DNA of 64,000 nucleotides, from positions 12,939 to 76,938 of the forward strand of contig JAVCCW010000029.1 of assembly GCA_030765235.1 (NCBI GenBank), read 5' to 3'. The stretch's first letter is position 1, and each line of letters begins with the position of its first letter. The notes below the pieces were generated by a model. That model was not told where the DNA came from. It searched no databases and was given only the letters and a program-made list of their open reading frames with translations. Source of the DNA: Candidatus Gorgyraea atricola. Lineage in GTDB: Bacteria > Omnitrophota > Gorgyraeia > Gorgyraeales > Gorgyraeaceae. Made by a program: the position numbers and the translations under genes. Of the stretch, positions 29,132 through 39,515 are shown in pieces.

Positions 29132-29435
29132 ATGGGATAAGGATATTTGGCTCCTGCATCTTGAAGCAGATAATAATAACGGAGGCACTAAATCTATTGT
29201 CTATTCTCGTGTTATATGGAATGGCAATGGCGGCTTAAACGGGCCTAAGACCAGTGTCCCTGTAAAATCCGGGGAGAGTTACAGGTTTATACTGTCCAAA
29301 AACAGCATGGATGAGGTAGGCGTGGATATCAGATTTGAAAAAGGGCTTGCAGTAAAGATCTTCAGGCTCCAGGACAGGGCTTATCTGCCAGGGGATTCTG
29401 ATATAGTCTTTTCAAGTGAGGGGACATTAAATTGA
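29112..29435 (+). CDS. Hypothetical protein overlapping the radical SAM gene
   Basis: SD AAGGAGG before the ATG; overlaps both neighbours in operon fashion. Confidence 0.65.
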   Translation: MKSLRHKWDKDIWLLHLEADNNNGGTKSIVYSRVIWNGNGGLNGPKTSVPVKSGESYRFILSKNSMDEVGVDIRFEKGLAVKIFRLQDRAYLPGDSDIVFSSEGTLN

Positions 29436-32400
29436 AAAAGATAGCTTTTCTTAATTCAACTTTAAATATTGGCGGCGCTGAAAAACTGGGCTACGAGATA
29501 ATGCGGGACCTCGATAAGGCCAGGTTTACGGTCAAGTCATTCTGTCTTTATGGGCCTGGCGTTATTGGGAAAAGGCTCACTTCAGAAGGCATAGACCTTA
29601 CGCACAGCCTTATGCGCAATAAATACGATTTTTTAGTAATATTCAGATTGATAAAGGCGCTAAAGGCTGAAGAAATAGACATACTGTATCTTGAGAGTTC
29701 GCCGCTGGTTCTATTTTGGGGATTTATATGCGGAAGGATAGCCAGGATCCCATATATTTATACAACGATCCATACCATGAGAAAGCCAGAGGCGTGGAAG
29801 AGATATAAATCAGGCATTATAAATAGATTAATATTGCGCAGGTTAGACAGAGTGGGTGTACCTTCAAGGATCAAATACGATTCCCTTATAAAAGAATATG
29901 GTCTTGATTCAAAAAAGCTCGAGCTGATCCAAAACGGCATAGACATAAAGAAGTTTGATAGGCTGAAAAAGGCCAATGGGTTAAAAAAAGAATTAGGCAT
30001 CTCACGCGATCAGAAGATCATAGGTATAGTAGGAAGATTAGTAAATGAAAAGGCGCATGATGTTTTTTTAAAGGCAGCGCAGCATATTATCGGATCCGAG
30101 CCGAATGTCAAATTTTTGATCATAGGAGATGGCGAAGAAAAGAAGAATCTCAAGGCCCTGGCAGATGGTCTGGGCATTTCAAAGAACGTGATATTTATTG
30201 ATAAAGGCAAGGATACAGAGAACATCCCAGGGCTTATTTCTATATTTGATGTAGCAGTGCTTTCCTCAAGAATGGAATTATTCCCTCTGGTGTTATTAGA
30301 ATACATGGCAGCATCCAAGCCTATAGTAGCGACAAGGGTGGGCGGAAATCCGGAGATCATCGTGCATGGCGAATCAGGGATCATTGTTCCGCCTGAGGAT
30401 CCAAAGGCCCTTGCAGAAAATGTCATAGCGATATTAAAAGACAAGGACATGGGCAGCAGTATGGCGGCCCTGGCAAGAAAAAGGGTCAAGAAAGAATTTT
30501 CTCTGGAGCGGATGGTAGAGAGAACAGAGAGATTCTTTCTGAATCCAGCGCCAAGATATTTTAAAACCCACATAATCCTGGCAGGCCCTGGCCTTTCAGT
30601 AAAAGGCGGGATATCGTCTTTTGCGAGAAATTATCTGAGCTCGCGATCGCCGGAAGGATCGAAGATAACATATCACGCGACAACAATAGACGGCAGTAAG
30701 ATACTCAAGACCTTTTTCTTCTTAAAAAGTTTTTTACTTTTTGCCGCTAAATTAGTTTTTGATAGGACCATAAAGATAGTACATGTCTGCAGTTCCTCAA
30801 AAGGCAGTTTTTACAGAAAAGCGATGATATTGATCCTGTCCAGGCTTTTTAAAAAGGCCACTATTTTTCATATACATGGTGGAGGTTTTCACCTGTTTCA
30901 TGATAGAGGAACTATATTGCGGAAGTTTTTCATAAGAAAGGTATTAGATATAACTGATTCAATAATAGTCCTGTCAGAGTCATGCCTTTTAGATATCAAG
31001 GGAATCACAAAAAACAGGAATATAAAAGTGATACCTAATCCTATAGATACCTCTGATTTTATATCAATTAGAGGCAGTAGAGATAATTCTAGTCTGAATG
31101 TCTTTACCGCGGGCAGGCTTTACTGGCTTAAAGGCACATATGACATATTGGATATAATTCCGCGCATCTTAAAAGAGATACCAGGCGTGAAGTTTCACCT
31201 GGCAGGTGATGGAGATGTGGAAAAGGTCAGAGAGATCGTCAGGAATAAGGGAATAGAAAAGAACGTATTTTTACCAGGCTGGCTCGATAAGCATGGATTA
31301 ATAAAAAATCTTAAAGACGCCGGTATATTTTTACTGCCTTCATATACTGAGGGGCTTCCAGTAGCCATGCTCGAGGCAATGGCATCGGGTTTACCTGTTG
31401 TCTCTACAAGAGTAGGCGGTATACCTGAGCTGGTAGAGGACGGGGTCAATGGATTTTTAGTAGAACCCGGGGAAAAGCAGAAGCTGGGAAACAGGATCAT
31501 AAAACTGCTTAAGGACGCGGATCTAAGAAACAGGATGGGCAAGAATAACATCGATAAGATAGACAGGTTCTTCAGGCTGGATCGTATCGTAGGTAAATTC
31601 TACAAGGAGTACGAGCGTTTGGTCGAGGTTTCGCCTCGACCAGGCAGGTTAAGATGGTATATCAAGAGGCTATCCTGTATGTCTACCCTGGAGATTATTC
31701 ACAGGATGGGCAGTATGGTACAGGCTGAGGTAAAAAGGTTTTCCAGGGGCAATGTAGATATAGACAGGCTCTTGAAGAAGAAGATCGCGCCGCGGACATT
31801 TTATTTTAAGGATAATGCAATAAAGGAATTTTCAAGGCTCTTCCCTGGCAGATCAAAGGATATCCTCAGAGAGGCTGATGAGATCTCCGCTCACAGGTTT
31901 AAGATCTTTGATCTGGATTGGGATGCCGGTAAAGACATAGACTGGCATAAAGATATTCTTACAGGCAAAACATGGCCTTTAGTATATCAGGCCGATATAG
32001 ATTTTAAAAATAACCACGATTCCAAGGAGATAAGGTTTATATGGGAATTGAACAGACATCAGCATCTTGTAACATTGGCCAAGGCATATTTTTTAACAAA
32101 AGACAAAAGATATAAAGAAGAGGCAAGGGGTCAGATCCTTTCATGGATAGAACAAAATCCTCCTTATAAGGGGGTTAATTGGACAAGCGCGCTTGAGGTA
32201 AGCCTGAGATTAATATCGTGGTGCTGGGCCTATAAGTTTATAGGGATAGATGAAGACAGGGATGAGTTTTTGAGATCTGTATACCTGCAGACTAAATTTA
32301 TAGAGCGTAATCTTTCTAAATATTCATCCGCGAATAATCATCTGATCGGCGAGGCGTGCGGCTTAATAATCACAGCGTTGAGTTTTCCAGAATTCAAGGA

Positions 32401-33607
32401 TTCTGACAGGTGGCTATATAAAGGTAAATCTATCCTGTTCAGGGAGATCCTCCGGCAGGTACATCCTGATGGAGTCACAAAGGAACAGGCATTCCATTAT
32501 CAGGGATTTATTATGGAACTTTTTGTGCTCGCAGCGGAGCTTCTTATAAAGAACAACATAAAAATCCCCAGGAAAGTCATGGACAGGTTCTTTTCCATGT
32601 CTGAATTCGTAATGAATATCATTGATTCTAAAGGCAAGGCGCCTCTTGTCGGAGATTCTGATGATGGAAGGGCTATAAGATTATCCAATAGTGAAGATTT
32701 TAGCCTGTTTAAGTCTATTTTGACAAGCGCATGTATTTTATCGCAGAGGGGTGATTTTAAAAGTAAAGGCGGTACCTTTAGCGAAGAGCATTTTTGGATA
32801 TTCGGGCTTAAAGGATATAAGGCTTATCGATCTATCAGGACTAAAAGGCCCGCGCTGGGTTCAAGGCTTTTTAAAAAAGGCGGCTATGCTGTTTTTAGAA
32901 ATGGCAAAGATGAAGTGCTTTTAATGGACTGCGGGAAACTGGGTTATGGGTCAATAGCAGCTCATGGCCATGCAGATCTTTTGAGCGTAACGCTGGTTGC
33001 AAATGGCGCGGAACTCTTAGTGGATCCCGGAACTTATTTATATCATACAGGAGGCGTATGGAGGGACTATTTTAGAGGCACAAGAGCTCATAATACAGTT
33101 ACGCTGGACGACAATAATCAATCAGAGATAACAGGCCCTTTTATGTGGGGCAAAAGGCCTTTACCCAGGATAGAAAAGTGGAAAAGCTCCAAAGACATGG
33201 ATTATATATCTGCCGCGTATAAAAATTCCAGGATCAGCCACAGGAGGACCATCTATTTTGATAAAAAGAAAGGGCTGTGGCGCATAGAGGATTTCTTGAA
33301 TACAGCCAGGCAGAGCACAGTAAGACAGTATTTTCACTTGTCTCCAGCAGTAAAGATCAGGCTGTTGGATCCCAATGTGATCGAGGTAGAGAATCAGGGG
33401 ATATATTTATATATAACATTGGATAGCCGTTTAACAGTTGATGTAAAAAAGGGTAGGTTGGATCCTATTTTGGGCTGGAGCTCAGATATATTTGGCACAA
33501 AGGTAGAGAGTCCAACGCTTGTCAATACAGCTGTTATAGGCAGTTCAAGGAAATTCACAACGTTTTTGCGTGTCTCAAATAGAAAACTGTCGAGGATAGA
33601 AGTATGA
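29432..33607 (+). CDS. Triple fusion: GT4 + GT4 + heparinase II/III-like domain
   Basis: Two GT4 signatures (ELFPLVLLEYMAASKP; EGLPVAMLEAMASGLP); then IWELNRHQHL, SANNHLIGE, HGHADLLS, LVDPGTYLY, AHNTV. Confidence 0.85.
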   Translation: MKKIAFLNSTLNIGGAEKLGYEIMRDLDKARFTVKSFCLYGPGVIGKRLTSEGIDLTHSLMRNKYDFLVIFRLIKALKAEEIDILYLESSPLVLFWGFICGRIARIPYIYTTIHTMRKPEAWKRYKSGIINRLILRRLDRVGVPSRIKYDSLIKEYGLDSKKLELIQNGIDIKKFDRLKKANGLKKELGISRDQKIIGIVGRLVNEKAHDVFLKAAQHIIGSEPNVKFLIIGDGEEKKNLKALADGLGISKNVIFIDKGKDTENIPGLISIFDVAVLSSRMELFPLVLLEYMAASKPIVATRVGGNPEIIVHGESGIIVPPEDPKALAENVIAILKDKDMGSSMAALARKRVKKEFSLERMVERTERFFLNPAPRYFKTHIILAGPGLSVKGGISSFARNYLSSRSPEGSKITYHATTIDGSKILKTFFFLKSFLLFAAKLVFDRTIKIVHVCSSSKGSFYRKAMILILSRLFKKATIFHIHGGGFHLFHDRGTILRKFFIRKVLDITDSIIVLSESCLLDIKGITKNRNIKVIPNPIDTSDFISIRGSRDNSSLNVFTAGRLYWLKGTYDILDIIPRILKEIPGVKFHLAGDGDVEKVREIVRNKGIEKNVFLPGWLDKHGLIKNLKDAGIFLLPSYTEGLPVAMLEAMASGLPVVSTRVGGIPELVEDGVNGFLVEPGEKQKLGNRIIKLLKDADLRNRMGKNNIDKIDRFFRLDRIVGKFYKEYERLVEVSPRPGRLRWYIKRLSCMSTLEIIHRMGSMVQAEVKRFSRGNVDIDRLLKKKIAPRTFYFKDNAIKEFSRLFPGRSKDILREADEISAHRFKIFDLDWDAGKDIDWHKDILTGKTWPLVYQADIDFKNNHDSKEIRFIWELNRHQHLVTLAKAYFLTKDKRYKEEARGQILSWIEQNPPYKGVNWTSALEVSLRLISWCWAYKFIGIDEDRDEFLRSVYLQTKFIERNLSKYSSANNHLIGEACGLIITALSFPEFKDSDRWLYKGKSILFREILRQVHPDGVTKEQAFHYQGFIMELFVLAAELLIKNNIKIPRKVMDRFFSMSEFVMNIIDSKGKAPLVGDSDDGRAIRLSNSEDFSLFKSILTSACILSQRGDFKSKGGTFSEEHFWIFGLKGYKAYRSIRTKRPALGSRLFKKGGYAVFRNGKDEVLLMDCGKLGYGSIAAHGHADLLSVTLVANGAELLVDPGTYLYHTGGVWRDYFRGTRAHNTVTLDDNNQSEITGPFMWGKRPLPRIEKWKSSKDMDYISAAYKNSRISHRRTIYFDKKKGLWRIEDFLNTARQSTVRQYFHLSPAVKIRLLDPNVIEVENQGIYLYITLDSRLTVDVKKGRLDPILGWSSDIFGTKVESPTLVNTAVIGSSRKFTTFLRVSNRKLSRIEV

Positions 33608-34878
33608 AGAAAAAAAAGACTTTAAGTATATTTGGACTTGGATATGTAGGCGTGGTCACAGCAGCCTGTCTTGCTGAACAGGGCTATCACATCATAGGTG
33701 TCGATGTCAGCAGGAAAAAGCTGGACCTTATAAACAAAGGCAAGAGTCCTATTGTCGAGAAAGGCATTGATGACCTTGTATCCAAGACAGTCAAGAGAAA
33801 GAGGTTTTGCGTAACTGACTCTGCGATGTACGCGATATCAAATAGCGAAGTTTCAATAGTGTGCGTTGGTACACCTTCCATGGAAAACGGCGCAATAGAC
33901 CTTTCGCATCTTAAGAATGTCTCAAGAGAGATAGGGGCTAGCCTAAAGGGACTGCGAAGATACCATATTATAGTCATAAGAAGCACTATGATGCCGGGCA
34001 CAACAGAAGATGTCGTTATCCCTATTATAGAAAAGGCCTCGTCCAAAAAGGCGTTTAAGGATTTTGGCGTGCTGGTCAATCCGGAATTTATGAGAGAGGG
34101 TAATTCCATAGAGGATTTTTACGCACCGGCAAAGGTGATAATCGGGAGTAGAAAAAAGCAAGATGAAAAGGTGTTGCGTTCGATATATGGATTCATCAAG
34201 GCGCCTTTTATTTCAACAGATTTTAAGACAGCGGAATTTTCAAAATATTTGGACAATGTTTTCCACGGCCTAAAGATAGTATTTGCCAATGAGATAGGGG
34301 CTTTTTCCAAGAGATTTGGCCTGGATGGAAAAAAGGCAATGGAGATCCTGTGCATGGATAAAAAGTCCAATATATCAGGCATGTATCTTAAGCCCGGGTT
34401 TGCCTTTGGAGGATCATGTCTTCCAAAGGATCTAAAGGCAGTCCTGCATAAGACAAAGATAGGGGAATTGGATCTGCCGCTTCTGGGGTCTATCGTAAAG
34501 AGTAATGACCTGGCTATTAGAAGGGCATTCGAGGCGATTAAAAAGACAGGTAAGAAAAAGATTACAATGCTGGGCCTGAGCTTTAAACCAGGGACAGATG
34601 ATCTAAGAGAGAGTCAGATGGTCAGGCTGGCAGAGCTTTTGATCGGTAAGGGCTATAAGTTAAAGATATACGATAAGAATGTATCTCTCGCGGCATTGAT
34701 GGGCGCTAACAGGACTTACATAGAAAATGAGATACCGCATATAGCGTCACTTTTATGCGGATCCATTAATGAGGCAATAAAGACTTCAGAGGTGATCGTG
34801 GTAGGGCATTCCGCAAAGGAATTTAAGAAGGCTATAAAGAAAATAAAAAAGAACCAGGTTTTAATAGATCTAACCTAA
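33604..34878 (+). CDS. UDP-glucose/GDP-mannose dehydrogenase (AlgD-like)
   Basis: GLGYVG; CVGTPS; NPEFMREG; PGFAFGGSCLPKD; SFKPGTDDLRES. Confidence 0.92.
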   Translation: MKKKKTLSIFGLGYVGVVTAACLAEQGYHIIGVDVSRKKLDLINKGKSPIVEKGIDDLVSKTVKRKRFCVTDSAMYAISNSEVSIVCVGTPSMENGAIDLSHLKNVSREIGASLKGLRRYHIIVIRSTMMPGTTEDVVIPIIEKASSKKAFKDFGVLVNPEFMREGNSIEDFYAPAKVIIGSRKKQDEKVLRSIYGFIKAPFISTDFKTAEFSKYLDNVFHGLKIVFANEIGAFSKRFGLDGKKAMEILCMDKKSNISGMYLKPGFAFGGSCLPKDLKAVLHKTKIGELDLPLLGSIVKSNDLAIRRAFEAIKKTGKKKITMLGLSFKPGTDDLRESQMVRLAELLIGKGYKLKIYDKNVSLAALMGANRTYIENEIPHIASLLCGSINEAIKTSEVIVVGHSAKEFKKAIKKIKKNQVLIDLT

Positions 34879-34888
34879 AGGGCATATT

Positions 34889-36277
34889 ATGAACGCAAAG
34901 GTCGCGATTTATAAACAGCATAGTTTACATTATTCAAATAGGGCGCCGTATTTTCCGCCGGCAATATTTGCAGAATATCCCTTTGCGAATAAGACAGTTG
35001 ATACAGGGAATGAGGCCTATTTTTCATTAAGGGAATTGTTTAAGATGCTTGATCTTGATTCTAAGAATTTTGGAAAAAATAACTGGAATCCTCTTTCTTT
35101 TCTTGTATCGCCAGGCCAGACAGTGCTTTTAAAGCCGAACCTTATGAGGCACTTTGCTGACAAGGGATCTACAGATAAGCTGATTACTCATGGCTCTGTG
35201 ATCAGGGCGATCGCAGATTATGTCTATATTGCTCTGAATGGCAAAGGCAGGATCATTATTGCTGATGGCCCAATGGATGATGGTGATTTTGGAAAGATAT
35301 GCAGGATCACGGGCCTGGACGAGATAAAGAGATTCTATAAGAAAAATGCCGGCTTTGATATCGAGATATATGACTTGAGGCAGGAACAGGTATTTAAAAA
35401 GGGCAATGAGATCATCCGCAGACTAAAGCTATCCGGTGATCCTATGGGCTATACAGCTATTGATTTATTCAAACACAGTGAATTCAAAAAAGACTCCTTG
35501 GACTATACGACATTCAAGGGGAGCGAATGTATAAGTTCTATCATGAATGCCCATCACAATGATAAGAAGAACGAATATCTTGTATCCAATACACTGCTTA
35601 ACGCGGATGTGGTCATTAATATTCCTAAACTCAAGACACACAACAAGGCTGGCGTTACGCTATCTCTTAAAAATATGGTAGGCATTACAGGTGACAGGAA
35701 CTGGCTGCCTCATTTTAAAGGGGTTTCATCAAAGTGCAATAGGATCAATAAGAGGGGCAGCAAGGTTTCATGTGTTTTGAATAAAGGGATCATCAAATAT
35801 CTTAAGGATAAAGTAAAGGAACTAAGAGGCCTCAGGGATTCTGATATAAAAAAGGGCAACTGGCATGGAAATAATATTATCTGGAGGATGATCTTAGACC
35901 TATCGCGAATAGTCATGTACGCGGATAAAAAAGGTAAGCTTCAGAAAGAGGTGCAGCGCAAGAATTTCTTTATTATAGACGGCATAGTCGGAGGAGAAGG
36001 GGATGGCCCTATGAATCCTGATCCAAAGCCGTGCGGCGTCTTAATGGCGGGTTTTGATAGCCTATGCGTAGACATGGCCGCGGCCAGGCTTATGGGGTTT
36101 GATCCTAAGCGTATCCCGCAATTTAAAAACTTCTCCAATAGTATATACAAGGATATCAAGGTTGTATCTAATTTACGCGATTGGGATAGATCTTTATCTC
36201 AGTTTAAAGGCAGGTGCCTGGGTTTTAAGCCGTTTTATGGATGGAGACATCATATAGAGGTAAAAGATGAAAAATAA
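34889..36277 (+). CDS. DUF362-family protein
   Basis: VLLKPNL; ITHGSV; INIPKLKTHNKAGVTLSLKN; DGIVGGEGDGP. Confidence 0.8.
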   Translation: MNAKVAIYKQHSLHYSNRAPYFPPAIFAEYPFANKTVDTGNEAYFSLRELFKMLDLDSKNFGKNNWNPLSFLVSPGQTVLLKPNLMRHFADKGSTDKLITHGSVIRAIADYVYIALNGKGRIIIADGPMDDGDFGKICRITGLDEIKRFYKKNAGFDIEIYDLRQEQVFKKGNEIIRRLKLSGDPMGYTAIDLFKHSEFKKDSLDYTTFKGSECISSIMNAHHNDKKNEYLVSNTLLNADVVINIPKLKTHNKAGVTLSLKNMVGITGDRNWLPHFKGVSSKCNRINKRGSKVSCVLNKGIIKYLKDKVKELRGLRDSDIKKGNWHGNNIIWRMILDLSRIVMYADKKGKLQKEVQRKNFFIIDGIVGGEGDGPMNPDPKPCGVLMAGFDSLCVDMAAARLMGFDPKRIPQFKNFSNSIYKDIKVVSNLRDWDRSLSQFKGRCLGFKPFYGWRHHIEVKDEK

Positions 36278-37451
36278 AAGCGTTTTGATAATAGTAGAAA
36301 ATCTATCCGTACCTTTTGACAGGCGCGTGTGGCTGGAGGCAAGGGCGTTAAAAGAGAACGGCTATGGTGTCAGCGTTATTTGCCCTAGATCTGGAAAAGA
36401 TAAAGGTTTTGAAGTCCTTGAAGGCATAAATATATACAGGTATAAGCCCGCCCCTAATACAAAAGGCGTTTTAAGCTACGTGTTTGAATTTTCGTATTGT
36501 TTTATCATGACATTTTTATTGAGCATATGGATAGCATTGAGACACAGCTTTGACATAATCCACGCGTGCAATCCACCAGATACATTTTTTGCCATAGGAC
36601 TGTTCTATAAATTATTTGGCAAGAAGTTCTATTTTGACCAGCATGATCTTTGCCCGGAGGTATATCTCGCGAAATACGGCATGAATAAAAAGGACTTTCT
36701 TTATAAGGCCCTTCTCGCGCTTGAATTCCTGACATATAAAACAGCGGATAAGGTCATTGTCACGAATGATTCTTACAGGCAGATCGCTATTGCAAGGGGA
36801 AAGCTGGATCCTGAAAAGGTCGTTGTAGTCAGGACGTCCCCGGAATTAGAGAGATTTAAAAGGACACCCTCTGACGCGGCGCTTAAACGCGGGAAAAAAT
36901 TTCTTGTTTCTTATCTTGGCGTCATGGCCCCCCAGGATGGCGTGGATTATCTTTTGGTCGCGATAAACATCATTATAAACAAGTATAAACGCGACGATAT
37001 AATGTTTACTTTAATAGGGAGCGGGGATTCTATCGAGGATCTAAAGAATCTAAGAGAGGAATTGGGTCTCGATGGAGCGGTCTTATTTACCGGCAGGATC
37101 CCTGATGAAGAGCTTTTTAAATATTTGTCCAGTTCTGATGTATGTGTCGCGCCGGATCCAAAGAGCCCTTTAAATGATAAGTCCACCATGAATAAGATCC
37201 TGGAATATATGGCAATGGAAAGGCCAATAGTCTCTTTTGATCTAAAGGAATCCAGGTATTCAGCGGGTGACGCGGCGCTTTATGCCAAGCCGAACAATAT
37301 CGAAGAATTTGCCAAAAATATCATTGAATTGGTAGATGACGCGCGGCGCAGAGAGAAGATGGGAAAGCTTGGTTACCAGCGCCTTAAGGGCGAGCTTTCA
37401 TGGGAATACAACAAGAAGAGGTTAATAGATGCGTATAGAGGATCTATCTAA
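36267..37451 (+). CDS. Glycosyltransferase family 4 (WbuB-like)
   Basis: IIVENLSVPFDRRVWLEA; HACNPPD; STMNKILEYMA. Confidence 0.9.
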   Translation: MKNKSVLIIVENLSVPFDRRVWLEARALKENGYGVSVICPRSGKDKGFEVLEGINIYRYKPAPNTKGVLSYVFEFSYCFIMTFLLSIWIALRHSFDIIHACNPPDTFFAIGLFYKLFGKKFYFDQHDLCPEVYLAKYGMNKKDFLYKALLALEFLTYKTADKVIVTNDSYRQIAIARGKLDPEKVVVVRTSPELERFKRTPSDAALKRGKKFLVSYLGVMAPQDGVDYLLVAINIIINKYKRDDIMFTLIGSGDSIEDLKNLREELGLDGAVLFTGRIPDEELFKYLSSSDVCVAPDPKSPLNDKSTMNKILEYMAMERPIVSFDLKESRYSAGDAALYAKPNNIEEFAKNIIELVDDARRREKMGKLGYQRLKGELSWEYNKKRLIDAYRGSI

Positions 37452-39513
37452 GAAAATAATAACTGGAGCGCTTTTAGCTTCGTTTGCATTTTTTCCAGTG
37501 AACCTGTTCGAGAAGAAGAGGGAGAATTGGTTCCCGTTCTATATTCCCTGGAATTACTGTCAGGATTCGAGGCTGGATTTTAGTTTCTTGCTGGACGCGC
37601 CTGCCGGCAGTCATGGTTTTTTGACTGTAAAGGACGGGCATTTTTATTTTGAAGATGGCAAGAAGGCGAGATTCTGGGGGGTGAATATACATTCTGACAC
37701 GGCATGTTTTCCCACGCGTAAACAGGCAGAGGATGTTTCAAAGAGACTTGCCCAGCTGGGCTGCAACGCAGTGAGGATGCATTTTCTTGATAATGAAGCA
37801 CCTCATGGAATAATAGCGTCACATCGCAATGACTCGCAGCATCTTTCAGAATCGCAGATGGATAAATTGGATTATTTTATCTATCAATTGAAACAGAATG
37901 GCATATATGTGTGCTTTGATGTATTGGGCCTCGGGGTCAGGAGATTTAAAAAAGACGACATGGTGCCTGAATTAAAAGACATGCCCAGAGGCGCAAGGGG
38001 CATCTCATTTTTTAATAAACGCATTATAGAGTTGAGCAAGAAATTCGCGTTTGATTTTTTGAGTCATGTGAATCCGTACACTGGCGTTAGCTATCTGGAT
38101 GAGCCGGCAATTGCCTTTGTGGAGATGACCAATGAGAATTCTATTTTTTTTAAAAGCTGCAGGAATTTCTCACCTTACTATGAAAACGAGATAGAGGGAT
38201 TATGGAAAAAGTGGCTTGTTGATAATGATAAGAATCTTGACGGTGACTGGGCTCATTGGAGCGAAGACAGGGAATTTTTATATGAACTTACAGATGGATA
38301 TCAGAGAGATATGTATGAGTACCTTCGTTCTATAGGCGTGAAGGTCCCCATAGGGGCTTCGAATATACCGTACGACAGTCTGATGCTGTTAGCGGACAGT
38401 CACATGGATTTTACTGATATTCACGTGTACTGGGATCTATGTGATTCCATGGATAAGATACACAACAGGCCCCTTGTGAAGCAGGACCATACGAATCCTA
38501 AGACAATAGTCAATACGATCAGCATAGCAAAGACCAGTAAAAAACCTTTAATGTCCACTGAATGGGGAAGTAATTGGCCTAATGAATGGAGGTCAATAGA
38601 CATGCTGACCACCGCGTCTTATGCGAGCTTGAACGATTGGGACGCATTGTTTTTGTATTCCTATAATGGCGGCTACACCTCCAACTGGTATGATCTTGAA
38701 AAGAGACTTTATTTTGGCACAGTAGTGTTTAATGATCCGGCAAAGATGGGGCTTTTTTCATTGGCCGCACTTATGTTTTTAAGAGATGATATTGAAAAAT
38801 CGTCAAAGGTATACACGGTACGTTATCCCGTAGAGTCACTTTTTAAGATGGATGATACCTGGGCCGATAGATTGGGCATGGCAGGCGCAGCATATCTGGC
38901 TAGAGTTGAAAAAATATTTTACAGAAATAACGAAGGAGGCCCGGGGACTGAAGTAGACTATCCTGATCTTGAGGGCTTGTCAAATGAGGACGGGACGGTC
39001 GTTTCCGATACGGGCCAGATTACCAGGGATCACAAAAAGGGCGTCTTTATGCTGAAGACTCCGAGGGTATTTTCTTTTTCAGGATTTTTGTCCGAGAAAC
39101 AGGATCAGGAATTTCAGGGCGTAAGATTTTCCACAGAGGAAGACTTCGCCACTTTTACAGTTATTTCTATGGACGATAAGGATATATCCGGATCCAAGCG
39201 ACTTTTGTTAGCGGTAGTCGGCCGTGTTCAAAATAGAGGTCAGAAACTCGCCCCGCATATCACTAAGAGTTCAGACGATCTTCGCAGGGATGTGTATATC
39301 TTAAATGAGGGGGAAGAGCCGATAATGGTAGAAGATATAGAAGGGAATATTTTTATAGAAAAGACTGAAAACGATAATGGATTAATGGTGTTTTCTTTGG
39401 ATGAAAAAGGGCACAGGAAAGAGACTGTTCCTGTAAAGCGTGTGCGTGATGGTTATAGCTTTGATGTGTCAGGCAGTTATCAGACTATCTATTACGAGAT
39501 CATAAGGATGTAG
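37429..39513 (+). CDS. Glycoside hydrolase (GH5-like TIM barrel), probably exported
   Basis: LDAPAGSHGF; RFWGVN; GCNAVRMH; HVNPYTG; EMTNEN (acid/base); STEW (nucleophile). Confidence 0.7.
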   Translation: MRIEDLSKKIITGALLASFAFFPVNLFEKKRENWFPFYIPWNYCQDSRLDFSFLLDAPAGSHGFLTVKDGHFYFEDGKKARFWGVNIHSDTACFPTRKQAEDVSKRLAQLGCNAVRMHFLDNEAPHGIIASHRNDSQHLSESQMDKLDYFIYQLKQNGIYVCFDVLGLGVRRFKKDDMVPELKDMPRGARGISFFNKRIIELSKKFAFDFLSHVNPYTGVSYLDEPAIAFVEMTNENSIFFKSCRNFSPYYENEIEGLWKKWLVDNDKNLDGDWAHWSEDREFLYELTDGYQRDMYEYLRSIGVKVPIGASNIPYDSLMLLADSHMDFTDIHVYWDLCDSMDKIHNRPLVKQDHTNPKTIVNTISIAKTSKKPLMSTEWGSNWPNEWRSIDMLTTASYASLNDWDALFLYSYNGGYTSNWYDLEKRLYFGTVVFNDPAKMGLFSLAALMFLRDDIEKSSKVYTVRYPVESLFKMDDTWADRLGMAGAAYLARVEKIFYRNNEGGPGTEVDYPDLEGLSNEDGTVVSDTGQITRDHKKGVFMLKTPRVFSFSGFLSEKQDQEFQGVRFSTEEDFATFTVISMDDKDISGSKRLLLAVVGRVQNRGQKLAPHITKSSDDLRRDVYILNEGEEPIMVEDIEGNIFIEKTENDNGLMVFSLDEKGHRKETVPVKRVRDGYSFDVSGSYQTIYYEIIRM

Positions 39514-39515
39514 GC

